Positions 24,231 through 35,751 of a stretch of 64,000 nt of DNA are shown in pieces. Every line of letters begins with the position of its first letter. The stretch's first letter is position 1. The stretch lies in contig NC_092675.1 of NCBI RefSeq assembly GCF_964355755.1, positions 29,236,912 through 29,300,911 on the forward strand, written 5' to 3'. The notes below the pieces were generated by a model. That model did no database searches, was not told the origin of the DNA, and saw only the letters and a list, made by a program, of their open reading frames with translations. A program made the translations under genes and the position numbers. This stretch comes from Antedon mediterranea. Taxonomy: Eukaryota; Animalia; Echinodermata.

Positions 24231-27200
24231 TTACTCTGAACAAAGTCCACAGGTTTTACGACATGAGACAGAAACGTAATCAGCAAAATAGTTTGCAGAA
24301 CAATAATTTTTGAAATATTTGCACTTGGCAGGGTCTAAGTCTTCGCATGCTGTAACAATTATTTCAAAATACAATATTACCGTTCAATTCAAATAAGGTA
24401 GGATTATTTATCATTCATTCATTATTCCTTTATTCAATAGTATGTAGGCCACTGTAGTACAATAAAGGAACATAATACATATTATAAAATTCTATAAGTA
24501 GTAACAGCGAAATAATTAGTTCTCTTTTTATATGCGAAAAGGCAAATCTTACCAGGTTATTGATTACTTTTTTCTTTTTCTTTTTCATTACTAAAGTGAA
24601 AATTTTTATTTGTTGGTTTATTAAAATAATAAGGAGTGTCTAATTTTGTTATAGTATGGACATACTAAAACAAAGTGATATTCATTTTAAACCTCGTTAC
24701 ATTTGCAAACTTTACAGATTCGTTTTTCCCTTTCAATTCCTGTCCATCTTCGATTTTCGTTTCAAGATCTAAAATTCCTAATCTTAACTTAATCTTGATT
24801 TGTTTAAACTTGAAGTTTTGAATATCAATATTAAAATCTTCTTCAATAATTCAAATACTCATCAAATACAAGATACTTTGTAAGTTGTACTTAAGTAAAA
24901 TTAAGTGGAATAAAGTGTGGACGACGGAGACTAACATTGGTTTAAGAAAACCCGGTTAAAATCAGATATAATACTGTAGAACATTTTATAAATAGGGCGA
25001 CATTTATGAATAAATAAGTTTATATAGTCATATCTGAAAATAATTACTCATGGACACCCAGAGAAAAAGAAAAATCAAGACTGACAGATGGAGTTAGGTA
25101 ATTTAGGCTTAATGAGAGCGAGTAAATTTATTTATTTAACAATATCTTTTACGGGATTACACAATCAGGTAAAAGAAATCTTGTTTTGCATTGTGGTCCT
25201 GTCTTAAATACAACAACAAATTCAGGAAGAAAAAAATGTTTAGTTTTGTGGGGAAAAAATGAGATGGATAAATGAGAAGTAACTTCAGATGAAATGAAAA
25301 AAGCATTTAATAGGATGGGCCATGTTGACTGATGTCATGGATGACGATAATATTGTAGTTAGCCTGTCAGAGATATTGTAGGCCTAGGCCTACACCAATT
25401 ATAAATTATAGCTTACCTTCTCCTGCATCTACTCTTCGGTTCTGAAAATTGAAGAATTGACGAAATAAAATATTGAATTTACTTTGTTGTTATATTATAC
25501 TATTTGTCGTATTCGGTTGAGACTTTTACCGTTGTGAGACAGTTTTTCCGTTAAGTACTTATTTATCGGAGTAGTTTAGAGTTCAGATTGTTCTTAACAA
25601 AAAAGCTTGCGTTGTCAAAGTTTTCTATTCGAATGATTTAATAAAAAAGTACTCAACGAATATTTATGCTGAAAAAAAAGTTGCCATTCGAATACGACAA
25701 TTGTTAGGCCTACTTTTAACACTATCTGATTAACTAACAGTGATGGGCGTTACCATTGATTTCAATATATCTGATCTATGACAAACAAGATGTAGAGTTT
25801 GAATCTCGGTTTCGACACTATCGTACAATAAGCCTTTGCTTGTCATGTGACGTGAACATTTTCTCGTAACTTAAAGGACAATTTACACAGACGAGCGATC
25901 CTGATTACGTCATATTATTCTTCATCAGAGATTAATTGCAGAATATATTTTGACTCTAAACATCACAATGGATGTATTATGTGTGTATTTTGCTTTATAT
26001 GTAAACGAACAATAAATGGTTAGTTAATATGTGTATAGAGTTAATGTCTATTTTATTTTAATTTGTGCATTTGTTTTGTAAATGCTGAACAGTTAACGAT
26101 AATAAAAATATAGAATCTATGTTGATTCTTACCAATTTACACAAAACGCGCGCGGACGGGCGGTTTCCGCTCAGGATAGATTCTACGTGGGTCAAGCTAT
26201 TCGGTTTTTCGTTTACCCTTACTGCTCGTCTGTGTAAATTGGCATTAAAGGCTCATTTACACTAGGACGACGATAAATAGGTGAAAATACATTTTTGTTA
26301 TATAAAACAAAAGAAAGTTTTCGTTCTAGAACTATATGTCAATCATTTATGCTGTCTTTGATAAAATTAAATACGTTTGAAAATATTACTTTCATCAAAG
26401 GAAGCATAGATGGTTATCCTATAGTTAGGCCTATAGGATGAAAACATGTTTAGATTTATTTTGCTTTATGTATGAAAAATGCATATTTATCTATTATTGT
26501 CGATTGTTATCGTCCTAGTGTAAATGGGCCGTAAAGCTCTTCACCGTGTTACATTTCACGGAACAGAAGACAGTAGGATTTTGGGAATTTTGAGAATTGA
26601 ACGGTGCCGTCTTCCGTTCCTCGAAACGGAACAAGTGTGAATGTTTGAAAATTTGAAATGAAATGTCACGTCTAAACTTACCGTTTTAAGCTCTGTTTAC
26701 ACCAACGTTCCGCAACCCTTTTTGACCACCACCCCATAATAATTTTTCAATTTTTGATCAATTTTCGCCACCCAACGTATTTGATCTTACAGCTTCTATA
26801 TATAAATTTACGTAAGGGCAAAATTCGTTAAATCGCGCGTTATTTCTAGAATGTTTACTCGATGGTATATACAGTTGGTTAGAATCTCGGTACTGATTTA
26901 AACCACCAGATGTAACCTTGTTTACTAATTAAATTGAGTTAGATAATTAGTTATTGACAATTAAAACGAATTTAGGTTGAACGATTTTCCCCAAATAATA
27001 GGGGTGTTTTCCGACCGAAGTACACTGTCTAATGGATGTCCTCTTAAAAAAATACCTGCACACAATAATACAAGGCAATCAAAGTTCGTAGTTTTTCAGT
27101 CAAGTTATACACTCCTTTGCAAACTACAGAAAGATAGCGTCGTAGAACCAGTGGGTAGGTTATTAAATCCACGAGGATTCCCCACTTGTATATTAACAAC

Positions 27201-27736
27201 GAACTATGCGTCAAAAGCGTCCATTGCCCCGTCGTCGATTCCCAATTGTGTGTCGCTACGGACTCGCCGCACGTCAACATAGGGAAAAAATGTAGATGTA
27301 AAATGTAATCAGTGTTGTAGATTCTACAAAACTGAGAACATTTCACATATATAATATCAGTTTATAATTGATAAAAATTTTCAGTATCAGAAACAATTTC
27401 ACGACCCAATTTTTTTTTCGCGACTCAAACATTGGGTCGCGACCCATAGGTTGCGGAACAGCGGTCTACACTAAACTAGTTTGACAAAAATGTTTAATGT
27501 GCCCAAATTTGGAAGCGATATACCAAAATATGGTAGTGATATGACATCATCATGTAGGCCTACATGGACACATCAAATTGATAGTGTAGGCAGAGGTTTA
27601 AACATTTCTAACCTCTCTGTTGCTTTAAGCAAACTAATCAAAAAGTGACATGAAATGATAAAAATGAATAAAAACTCACCGGTAATACAATAGCCAGACA
27701 GAAAACAATGAACAAGGTGATTCGAAAGAAGGCCAT
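24231..27736 (-). CDS. ShK-4: secreted single-ShKT-domain peptide, 66-67 aa; exons 27736-27680, 25441-25417, 24349-24231 (or spliced at 24235 to 23335)
   Basis: MAFFRITLFIVFCLAIVLP|NRRVDAGE|ACEDLDPAKCKYFKNYCSANYFADYVSVSCRKTCGLCSE*. The stop overlaps a GTAAGT donor; splicing to the acceptor at 23336 gives ...CSEH*, followed by AATAAA at ~23150. TATAAA at 27835-27840. Confidence 0.88.
25877..26532. mobile_element. Two adjacent Harbinger-like MITEs in ShK-4 intron 1
   Basis: Inverted ends caatttacacagacgagc / gctcgtctgtgtaaattg, and ggctcatttacactaggacga / tcgtcctagtgtaaatgggcc. Confidence 0.65.
26703..27463. mobile_element. Non-autonomous hAT-like element nested in a family-2 MITE (26689-27598)
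   Basis: Ends gttccgcaacc / ggttgcggaac with subterminal gggtcgcgaccc. An 8-bp TSD gtttacac/gtctacac interrupts the host TIR agctctgtctacact. Confidence 0.7.
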
Positions 27737-28390
27737 GATGTCTGTTGATATAGAACAAGCAAAGTTACTAGATTTGTGAGTTAGCGTTAGATATCTCTTG
27801 TGTTATGGTTGAAGTAAGATGTGTGTCCCTTCTCTTTATACTTTTGTCGTGAATATTAAATAACTTTTAGGTGTAAGATACGCGTAAAATGTAATAATAG
27901 ATCATTATCATTTTTATTTATTTGTGTAAATGAATAATTATCATATAAAGCAATTAGCATATTTACGACCAGGTGTACGTGTAAGAACAATGCTTACCGA
28001 ATCAAAGAACGTTTTCATTCATACTTAAAAAACCTACACATCCTGATTACGTCATGTTATTATTCATCAGAGATTAATTGCAGAATATAATTTTACTCTA
28101 AACATCACGAGGGATGTATTAAGGTGTGTATTTTGGTTTATATGTAAACGAATAATTAATGGTTAGTTAATGTATATAGAGTTAATGTATATTTTATTTT
28201 AATTTCTGCTATAATTTGTTTTGTAAATTCTGAACGGTTTGATGGTGAAAGTAGAGATACGTCCGTCGTCAAGAGACCTCTTCGTGTCCGATAGTTCCGA
28301 AAACTTAAGCTCTGTCTACACTATCAAACTTTATGACTGTGACGTGCCCATAGACATGATGATTTCATATCGATTGATTAGATGTTTTGT

Positions 28391-28655
28391 AGTAACTACA
28401 ACTACAATCATGTTGGTGCAGTACCCGCTGCTTATTTGGGCTCGAATCTAACCACTAACCACCAGCGCAAGCTCGGTGGTCTAGAGGTATTAACGCCAGG
28501 CTAGTGATCTGGAGGTCGTGGGTTCGAGTCCCACCCGAGAACTACTTGCGAATTTTTTCGCAAGTATTCTCAAATGTACTTGGTGTAAAGTACAAATTAC
28601 GTCAGAGAGTAGGGCAAAACATCTAATCACTCAACTCCCTGACGCAAAACTACAA
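28391..28655 (+). mobile_element. tRNA(Thr-AGT)-like repeat inserted in a family-2 MITE (28308-28733)
   Basis: A box tggtctagagg, anticodon arm ccagg-ctAGTga-tctgg and T arm gtggg-ttcgagt-cccac. Homology with the 5148-5384 copy extends beyond the tRNA part, so this is a repeat and not a tRNA gene. Confidence 0.65.
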
Positions 28656-28867
28656 TTACAATGTCATATCACTACCATATTTAGGCATGTCACACTCTTT
28701 TGTCAAACTAGTTTGATAGTGTAGACATGGGCTTTAAACGCGCTGTTATACTTCTGTGAGAGCCGATTCTTGTCTACAGTACAAGAAACTATTAGACAGA
28801 TTGATGACGTCACTAGACTTCCTGAATCTGGTGTCTGCAAAGTGAATAATAATTCAATAATTCATAA

Positions 28868-30307
28868 TGCTTGATTCCCACTAGCGACGCAACGTAACGC
28901 AATCTACGCAACGTAAGAAAATGCCCTTCCAATCATTGCGTTTGCCCCCGCCTCCTGCGTCAAATCAAACCTACGACGTTTTCAGCACTGTTGTTGCGTC
29001 GTCGGTTCCCACCTGTGAATTACGCAATACAGCGCGTCGCTGCGTTGCGTTCTAGTGGGAACCACGCATAATCAAGATGTATGGTTGTGCATCTGGTGGA
29101 TCTGACATTAATAAAGAGTCGAATAAAGCAAATTAACTTGAATTAATATTTAATTAATTAACAAATTACAGTTTAACATAATACAACGCATTGCAAGTCA
29201 AATCATTTGATTCGATGAGGTCATTTCTGATGCATGTTTTGAGTCAAAAGAAACGCTGTGAAGAAGACAATTTATATTGAACTTAAAGCAGCCTGTAAAT
29301 TTACTTCTAAAAACACATTGATAATGAATCATGTTGAAGCAAAATGTCAGTCTCAACTACGCCCTCTTGAACAATTTTTCTAAAGAAAATATTGAATATT
29401 GTAACTGTTGAATGCATAGGTCTATACCATGTTGTGCGTGAAGCCCCATACGTAACCTGCAATATAAAAAAATAAACCGACGTATAAGTAAAATATATCT
29501 CCGTATTTATTAATAAGCCTAGTAGGCTTATAACTACTGTCAATAGCCTATAGCTAGAATTAATAGTTGTTCACACAGTTCTATTATGGAGTAATCGCAA
29601 CTAGAATATCGTCTATTAAGCTTGGTTCCCACTAGCGACGCTACGTAACGCAACCTACGCAACGTAAGAAAATGGCCTTCCAATAATTGTGTTTGCCCCC
29701 GCCGCCTGCGTGAAATCCAACTTTGATCTTTGCTGCAGCACTGTTGCGTCGTCGGTTCCAACTTGTGATTACGCAAAACAGCACTTTGCGTTCCAGTGGG
29801 AACCACGCTTTAAGCTTGGTTCCCACTAGAACGTAATGCAAGGACGTAAACGCAACGCAAGCGAATTGACCAATCACAAGCGATGGCTTATTCGCTTGTG
29901 ATTGCTAACCGTCTATAACTTCGCTTGTCATTGGTTAAAACGTTTGCGTTGCGTTTACGTCCTTGCGTTACGTTCTAGTGGGAACCAAGCTTTACTAACA
30001 GATACTCGTACAATTCTGGTAACGTGCATATTATGCGTACAGTAAACAATGTAGCAAACATAATATATGAATGCATAGAGGGCTCAACGAACAAACTCTA
30101 AAGCGTGGTTCCCACTAGAACGCAACGCAGCGACATATCGACGTAAAGTGCTGTATTGCGTAATCACAAGTGGGAACCGACGATGCAACAGTGCTGCAAA
30201 CATCGCGGGTTTGATTTCACGCAGTCGGGGGCAAACACAATGATTGAAAGGGAATTTTCTTACGTTGCGTAGGTTGCGTTACGTTGCGTCCTAGTAGGAA
30301 CCACGCT
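28868..30307. mobile_element. Cluster of four family-1 Harbinger-type MITEs (28868-29068, 29619-29809, 29813-29991, 30102-30307)
   Basis: TIRs AGC(G/T)TGGTTCCCACTAG. The 29619 and 29813 copies abut and share a TTA at 29810-29812. Confidence 0.85.
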
Positions 30308-30416
30308 TTATAATATATATATTTGCTTCTTCACTGATTACAGTTTTGACAAATCAACAAATAAAGTCAATACAACATAAATGAATAGCCTACATACCAA
30401 TGACCATCTACTAAGA

Positions 30417-32318
30417 CTAGCAAACCATCTGACACGTCTTTTTACAATATTTTCTGGCATATTCTCCCATGAACTCGCTTTTGCACAACTGCTTGTAGCT
30501 CTGGCACGCATTGCCTTCCAAACTGTCAACGCATTCTGTTTTTTTAGAAAAGAAAATAATTTGAAACGATAAAATCTGTGAGAATGAGAAAAAGTCGCCC
30601 AACCGAGATTCGAACCCGGACCTTCTGCTTGATATACAGATGTCCTAACCATTAGACCACTGGGGGTTTTATGGTATAGTTCAAACCCGATTGGATAGCG
30701 ACTCTTTAACATTCTCGACGTGGTACGGCGGGACAGCACTAGTCTCTATATAGGCCTAATAAGGGTATTTTTTAATTAAAATGTTTTTTTGAAACTATAC
30801 AAAATGTAGCGGTTAAAAGAAGCTACTACTAATATAAATTGTTAGTAAAGTTGTGGACCATCTGTTTAGAAAGAAAAAACCACAGTTTATGTTTTTTCGA
30901 GGTTTTAAGGTCACATTCCTGTATTCACCAGGAACTGTTTAAATGTTCACCAGGATACCTGGTCCCAAGCACACCTACACGTTCTGGTTATTTTCACCAG
31001 TAATAATCGCAGAATAGCAGCTAAAATAACATGGTGAATCTGGTTAAAATAACAAGGAACGTTCACCAATGTATCCTTGTTGTTATCACAGGGTAGTCGT
31101 TGAATTTAACTTACCAGGCATCCTGGTGAAAATTTAACCAGTTCCTGTTGAATACAGCATTGTGACGTATACCTTAAAACCTCGAAAAATATAAACTGTG
31201 TTTTTTTTCTTTCTAAACAGAATGATGGTACACAACTTGATTAACAATTTGTATTAGTAGTAGCTTCGTGAAATTTCAGTGTATTAATTGATGGCAATTA
31301 ATATACATTTTTGTGGCTCACTCATGGACACAACGGAACGGAATGTTCGTATGCCTGAGAAACAGGTTGATTTCAACCTAAATTGGACACAAAGTTTATT
31401 TTAACATAATTATCGTCTTACCTGCTGCATCAACATTCTCTATCTGTAATAATAAAACAAATAATAATAAAAATAAATAATATAAGTTATAAATGTTGTT
31501 TATTTTTATTACTCAATACAATTCATGAGACGAGTTAATTGTTTATTGGTTCTTCCCTAAACAGAATTAAAGACCTCTTTCGCAAATTCTACCAAATTAT
31601 ACAGACACCAAAACGATAAATTCAGAATATTATCACATACAAATGGCGCAATAGTATTTATTGTACATCCGTGTCTTTGCAACCAAAAAAAAAAAACAAC
31701 ACCTAGTTTTTTATCATATTTAGAAAACATGTTTACACAATTTGCTCATTTTTAACTGTAAACGAAACGAACCAAAGCATTTCCGCTCTGTTGATTGTGC
31801 ACTGGTCTTTTAGAAGAGGAGACGCCCCATAGTACAGGACATAATTTGACCATTGAAGATCACGTCTGACCATTAGGAGATGACGTCTGACCATTGAAGA
31901 TGACGTCTGACCATTAGGAGATGACGTGATAATCAAGAGATGAATGCAATGTACGGTACTGGGTGAGAATTTATTTTTGATGTGGATTTAATGTGCAAAT
32001 AAATTATAACGAATAAAATTAACCAATGTTTAGACTATAACTGAGAATCGTCTTACCATAATTTTACAATAGCAATACCCCTCCTTTAGCCTCAGCCTAC
32101 ACCCCAACCGGGTGGGGGACATTTACTCGTGAAACGAACAAGTGGAGACTATGTTTTAAGCTAGAAACATGCCAACCCCTGTTCACGAGTTACCCCTATT
32201 ATGGGGACACTTTTAAATAGTGGTCGTAGGAATAAATAATTCGAAATAAACTTACCGAAAACATAAGATTGAAAGCGATCATGCTGACGACTAGAATGAA
32301 CACAGCCTTGGAAACCAT
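30417..32318 (-). CDS. ShK-5: secreted single-ShKT-domain peptide, 67 aa; exons 32318-32256, 31443-31422, 30535-30417
   Basis: MVSKAVFILVVSMIAFNLMFS|IENVDAA|ECVDSLEGNACQSYKQLCKSEFMGEYARKYCKKTCQMVC*. GT-AG introns of phase 0 and 1, TATAAAA at 32404-32410, and a probable 3'UTR intron at 30397-29457. Confidence 0.88.
30590..30745 (-). mobile_element. tRNA-derived repeat in ShK-5 intron 2
   Basis: The reverse complement has an A box (tggtctaatgg) and a B box (ggttcgaatct); the acceptor stem is poor. Confidence 0.5.
30820..31268. mobile_element. Foldback/MITE-like element with ~125 bp inverted arms
   Basis: 30820-30940 is the approximate reverse complement of 31137-31268 (aagctactactaat...caggaactg / cagttcctg...attagtagtagctt). 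Confidence 0.8.
31849..31926. repeat. Tandem repeat, ~4 x 20-21 bp (gaccattgaagatgacgtct)
   Basis: Visible in ShK-5 intron 1. Confidence 0.8.
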
Positions 32319-33515
32319 TGTTGTTCGCTTGGTTGAAGATGGAACTTGTCAATTGATGTTAAGTATTCCGTTACTGATGAAAGATCTTAAAGTAATTTTC
32401 TGTTTTTATACTGTTATCTTGGCCCCCAATAATGACGCTATTAAAGGTCAAAAAGCACGTACTATGTGTGCTCTCATGCAATACAAAGGCGTCACTTAAC
32501 TCCTTATTAAAGTAAACAACACAGGATACATTAGGACAGTAATAAAATAATGTTGTTGTAGATTCAGATTGTTGAAAAAAAACATTCATTTGTTAATAAT
32601 ACCAATACTTATATTATTATATTCTTATTGTGTGTTCCTGAATTATTCTATACATTACGCAATACATAATGTACGAATACTTAAAAACGCACAATAATCG
32701 ATAATGATAACATTTCGAAAATGTATACGCACAACAAAGATTGCTAGACACATTCCTTTCATGTGTAAAATTGCATTATATACTACCAATATATTACAAA
32801 GTTAGTGACAAGGTCCATCTAGATAATGGCTCTTGGTTGTATTCTTTTTTTTATGAATTATTATATGTATTGGATCATCAAAAAGAAATCAGTAACAAAT
32901 AGAGACGTGTCACAGATATATCAAAATCAAGAATCTAATTTACAATGTAGGTCTATAAATGTGTTGCAATCAATTAAATATTTTGATTGTAGCGACTAAC
33001 TAGTGAATAAAGTTTGATAGTATAATGAACGTCTGCTATTGGCTGATAATATTGTCTGTCTTGAGAGTTTCAGCCAATCGGCTCGGGCGCAACAACGTCA
33101 CATAATTCGTTCTCTCTCATATCCAATCACATCGAAGAAAATTACTCTACAGCAAGAACTGACTCTTTAATGGCATTGTATCACGTTTTGACATTAAAGA
33201 TACATTTGTGATACTCGCTATTACAAACATTATAATAAGTATCGTAATAATAGCCTACTATCATTAACTGTCGTTCAAGCAATTGTATTCTGTTTACATT
33301 TTTACTGACATTTTATAAAATAGCGTATGTTTCAATGTACTTCTCTATTTATATTTTGTTTATAATTATTGTTCTGTTTGTATCGTCAGGGGCTTGTTGT
33401 TGCATCACAAGATGACAGTTTTATTACTTTTGATTTTCATCTACACCCCTGTTACACCATATTTGTTACGTAAAAAGATTTAAAATAAATAAATATCATT
33501 AGTTCTATTATATGG

Positions 33516-33675
33516 AATGGTTAGGCATAATAATACCAATCTGAGGTATAGCGTCTAATAGCACACGATCGACGTACGCGTTCAAATGAAATGGTTAGGC
33601 ATAATAATACCAATCTGAGGTGATAGCGTCTAATAGCACACGATCGACGTACGCGTTCAAATGAAATGGTCAGGC
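33516..33675. repeat. Tandem duplication, 2 x ~76 bp
   Basis: aatggttaggcataataataccaatctgagg...cgacgtacgcgttcaaatga occurs twice. Confidence 0.85.
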
Positions 33676-34626
33676 TTTTGATATTTGTAATAAAGTACAA
33701 CATTTTGTTGTCATCCCATCATTAATTTATCAATACCATCCTCTAAAGCCCCATGTATACTTTTGCACGATAACGAACGATAAATGAATAAATATACTTT
33801 TTTTTCAGAAGAATAAAAAATAAATGATAAACGTTTTCATTCTAACCTATAGAATAATCATTCTTAAACTCGGTCTTTACTATCAAACTTCATGTGATAA
33901 AAAACGTGATATGCCTATATATGGACATGATGATGTCATATCACTACCATTTTTGGCACATCACACTAGTTTGATAATGTAGACAGAGCTCTACAGGTGA
34001 AAATTTCATTTAAAAATTTTGTTTATTGCTAATCAAACTGATTTTTTAGTCGAGAAACATAGTTTTGTATTGTATTTTTTGCTACACAAATTTAAAAATC
34101 TGTAGCAAAAAGGTTGTTTTATATAGCTTTTTGCTATGCTACACTGGCGAAATTATTCCCTGCTCTACTGTGTTCGATGAAAATATTTTAAAAAATCCAA
34201 TCAAATGACGTCATCACTCATCTCAGTTGGTTATAACTCCCATCATGAATAATAAATGACATGTTGTCATTCACATGACATGTTGTCATTCATCACATGA
34301 CTTGTTGTCATCACATGACATGTTGTCACTCATCACAATCTGTTGTGATTTATGTCTTTTTATATCCATACACACATTATTATCAAATTATTCTTACCTA
34401 CACAATTCTGTATTTAGCAAATTTTATTTTTATGTATATAAATATTATTAAAATAGGATGGTGGTCATCAGAACTTTTACACAATCAAACTAATGATTCA
34501 AATCGTTTAATGTGCAACAAGCGGAAATTATGTCTATGTTATATTTACAAATGTCAGCTTAATAAATAAGTTCTTGCAAAATGACTCTTGTCATTATCGA
34601 TAATCTTATGACGAAGATGAATTTTA

Positions 34627-35751
34627 CTAAAATGCTTTAAGGACCGCATCACTTGCTTCACGGCATAGTTCATCTAGTTCCCCGTCTCCACCTTTAAGAA
34701 CAAGACATTCATTATTAACCAATAGTATCTTCAACTTAAAATCTCAGAATTCATAACAATAATTATTCTTAAATAAAAATATTCCAACACTTTTTATGTA
34801 CAGTATTCATCAGATATAAAATATAATGTTTGACATATCAGTGATCCTTTCTTACAATAGATCAACATATGACATGGTAAGTAAATAATAATTGTAAAAA
34901 GTTTCTTTTCATGAAAAGTAACCATTATTATTAGGGCATGATGTTGCAAATACAGTGTGTATTTAATGAAATACTAGGCCTAGTATAAGTAAACACTGTA
35001 AAAACCACAAAATGAAATTGAACACATTTGACAGGTTTAATTATTGATATCATGAAGAAAATAAGTAGGGGGCCTAGGCCTACTGCCTACCATAATCCAG
35101 GTTGTTTATGTCACATTTGTAGACTAGTTGGCCGTTCACCATCAATTCAACTGTATTCCAGTCTTCACATTTTGTCAACTCTACAGTGTGCCCATGTTTA
35201 TTAAGAAAAGCTTTAAAACAAAATTTCATTTTTAATAATAATACTTTATAAAAATAGTATGCTGGGCCTACCAGATGCATGTAAAAGCTGAGGCCTAGCC
35301 TAGTGTAGATTCTAGGCCTAGCTAGGCTAGGCCTAGTTGTAGTATATAATTATATATAATACAACTTACTAAGCCTAGGCTAGTAGTAGCCTACTATACC
35401 TGGTGGTTGGCCTACAGTAGTAGGTTCATTCAAGTTATCTTGGCTAGCTAGGCCTAGCTAGTATAGTAAGTCAACACTATCACCGGAATACACCCACTCA
35501 CACGCCCGGTTAGGCCTAGCCTAGGCCTAGCTAGGGCTAGGCCTACTAGCCTATAGGCTAGTAGGTAGTAGGACTAGCCTAGGCCTAGGCCTAGGCCCTA
35601 GTAAGATAAAAGATAGAGAAGAAGTGGTGACTTTTTTGGCCTGACGCAACTTCTCACCTTGAAGTCCTTCTAATCTAGAAGTCCTGTAATCAACTACTCC
35701 GCATGCTCGATACGGCCCATATCTTACGACAACTTTAGCGTTTTCTGGCAT
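34627..35751 (-). CDS. C10orf53: UPF0728 protein (C10orf53 homologue), 92 aa; exons 35751-35658, 35210-35091, 34691-34627
   Basis: MPENAKVVVRYGPYRACGVVDYRTSRLEGLQAFLNKHGHTVELTKCEDWNTVELMVNGQLVYKCDINNLDYGGDGELDELCREASDAVLKAF*. Matches the recalled C10orf53 motifs RYGPY, RLxGLQA, EDWNxVELMVN and GGDGxLD. Confidence 0.92.

Noticed and set aside
28468-28542. Apparent tRNA-Thr(AGT) gene
   Set aside because: Imperfect acceptor and D stems, and flanking homology shared with the 5148-5384 copy; treated as a tRNA-derived repeat.
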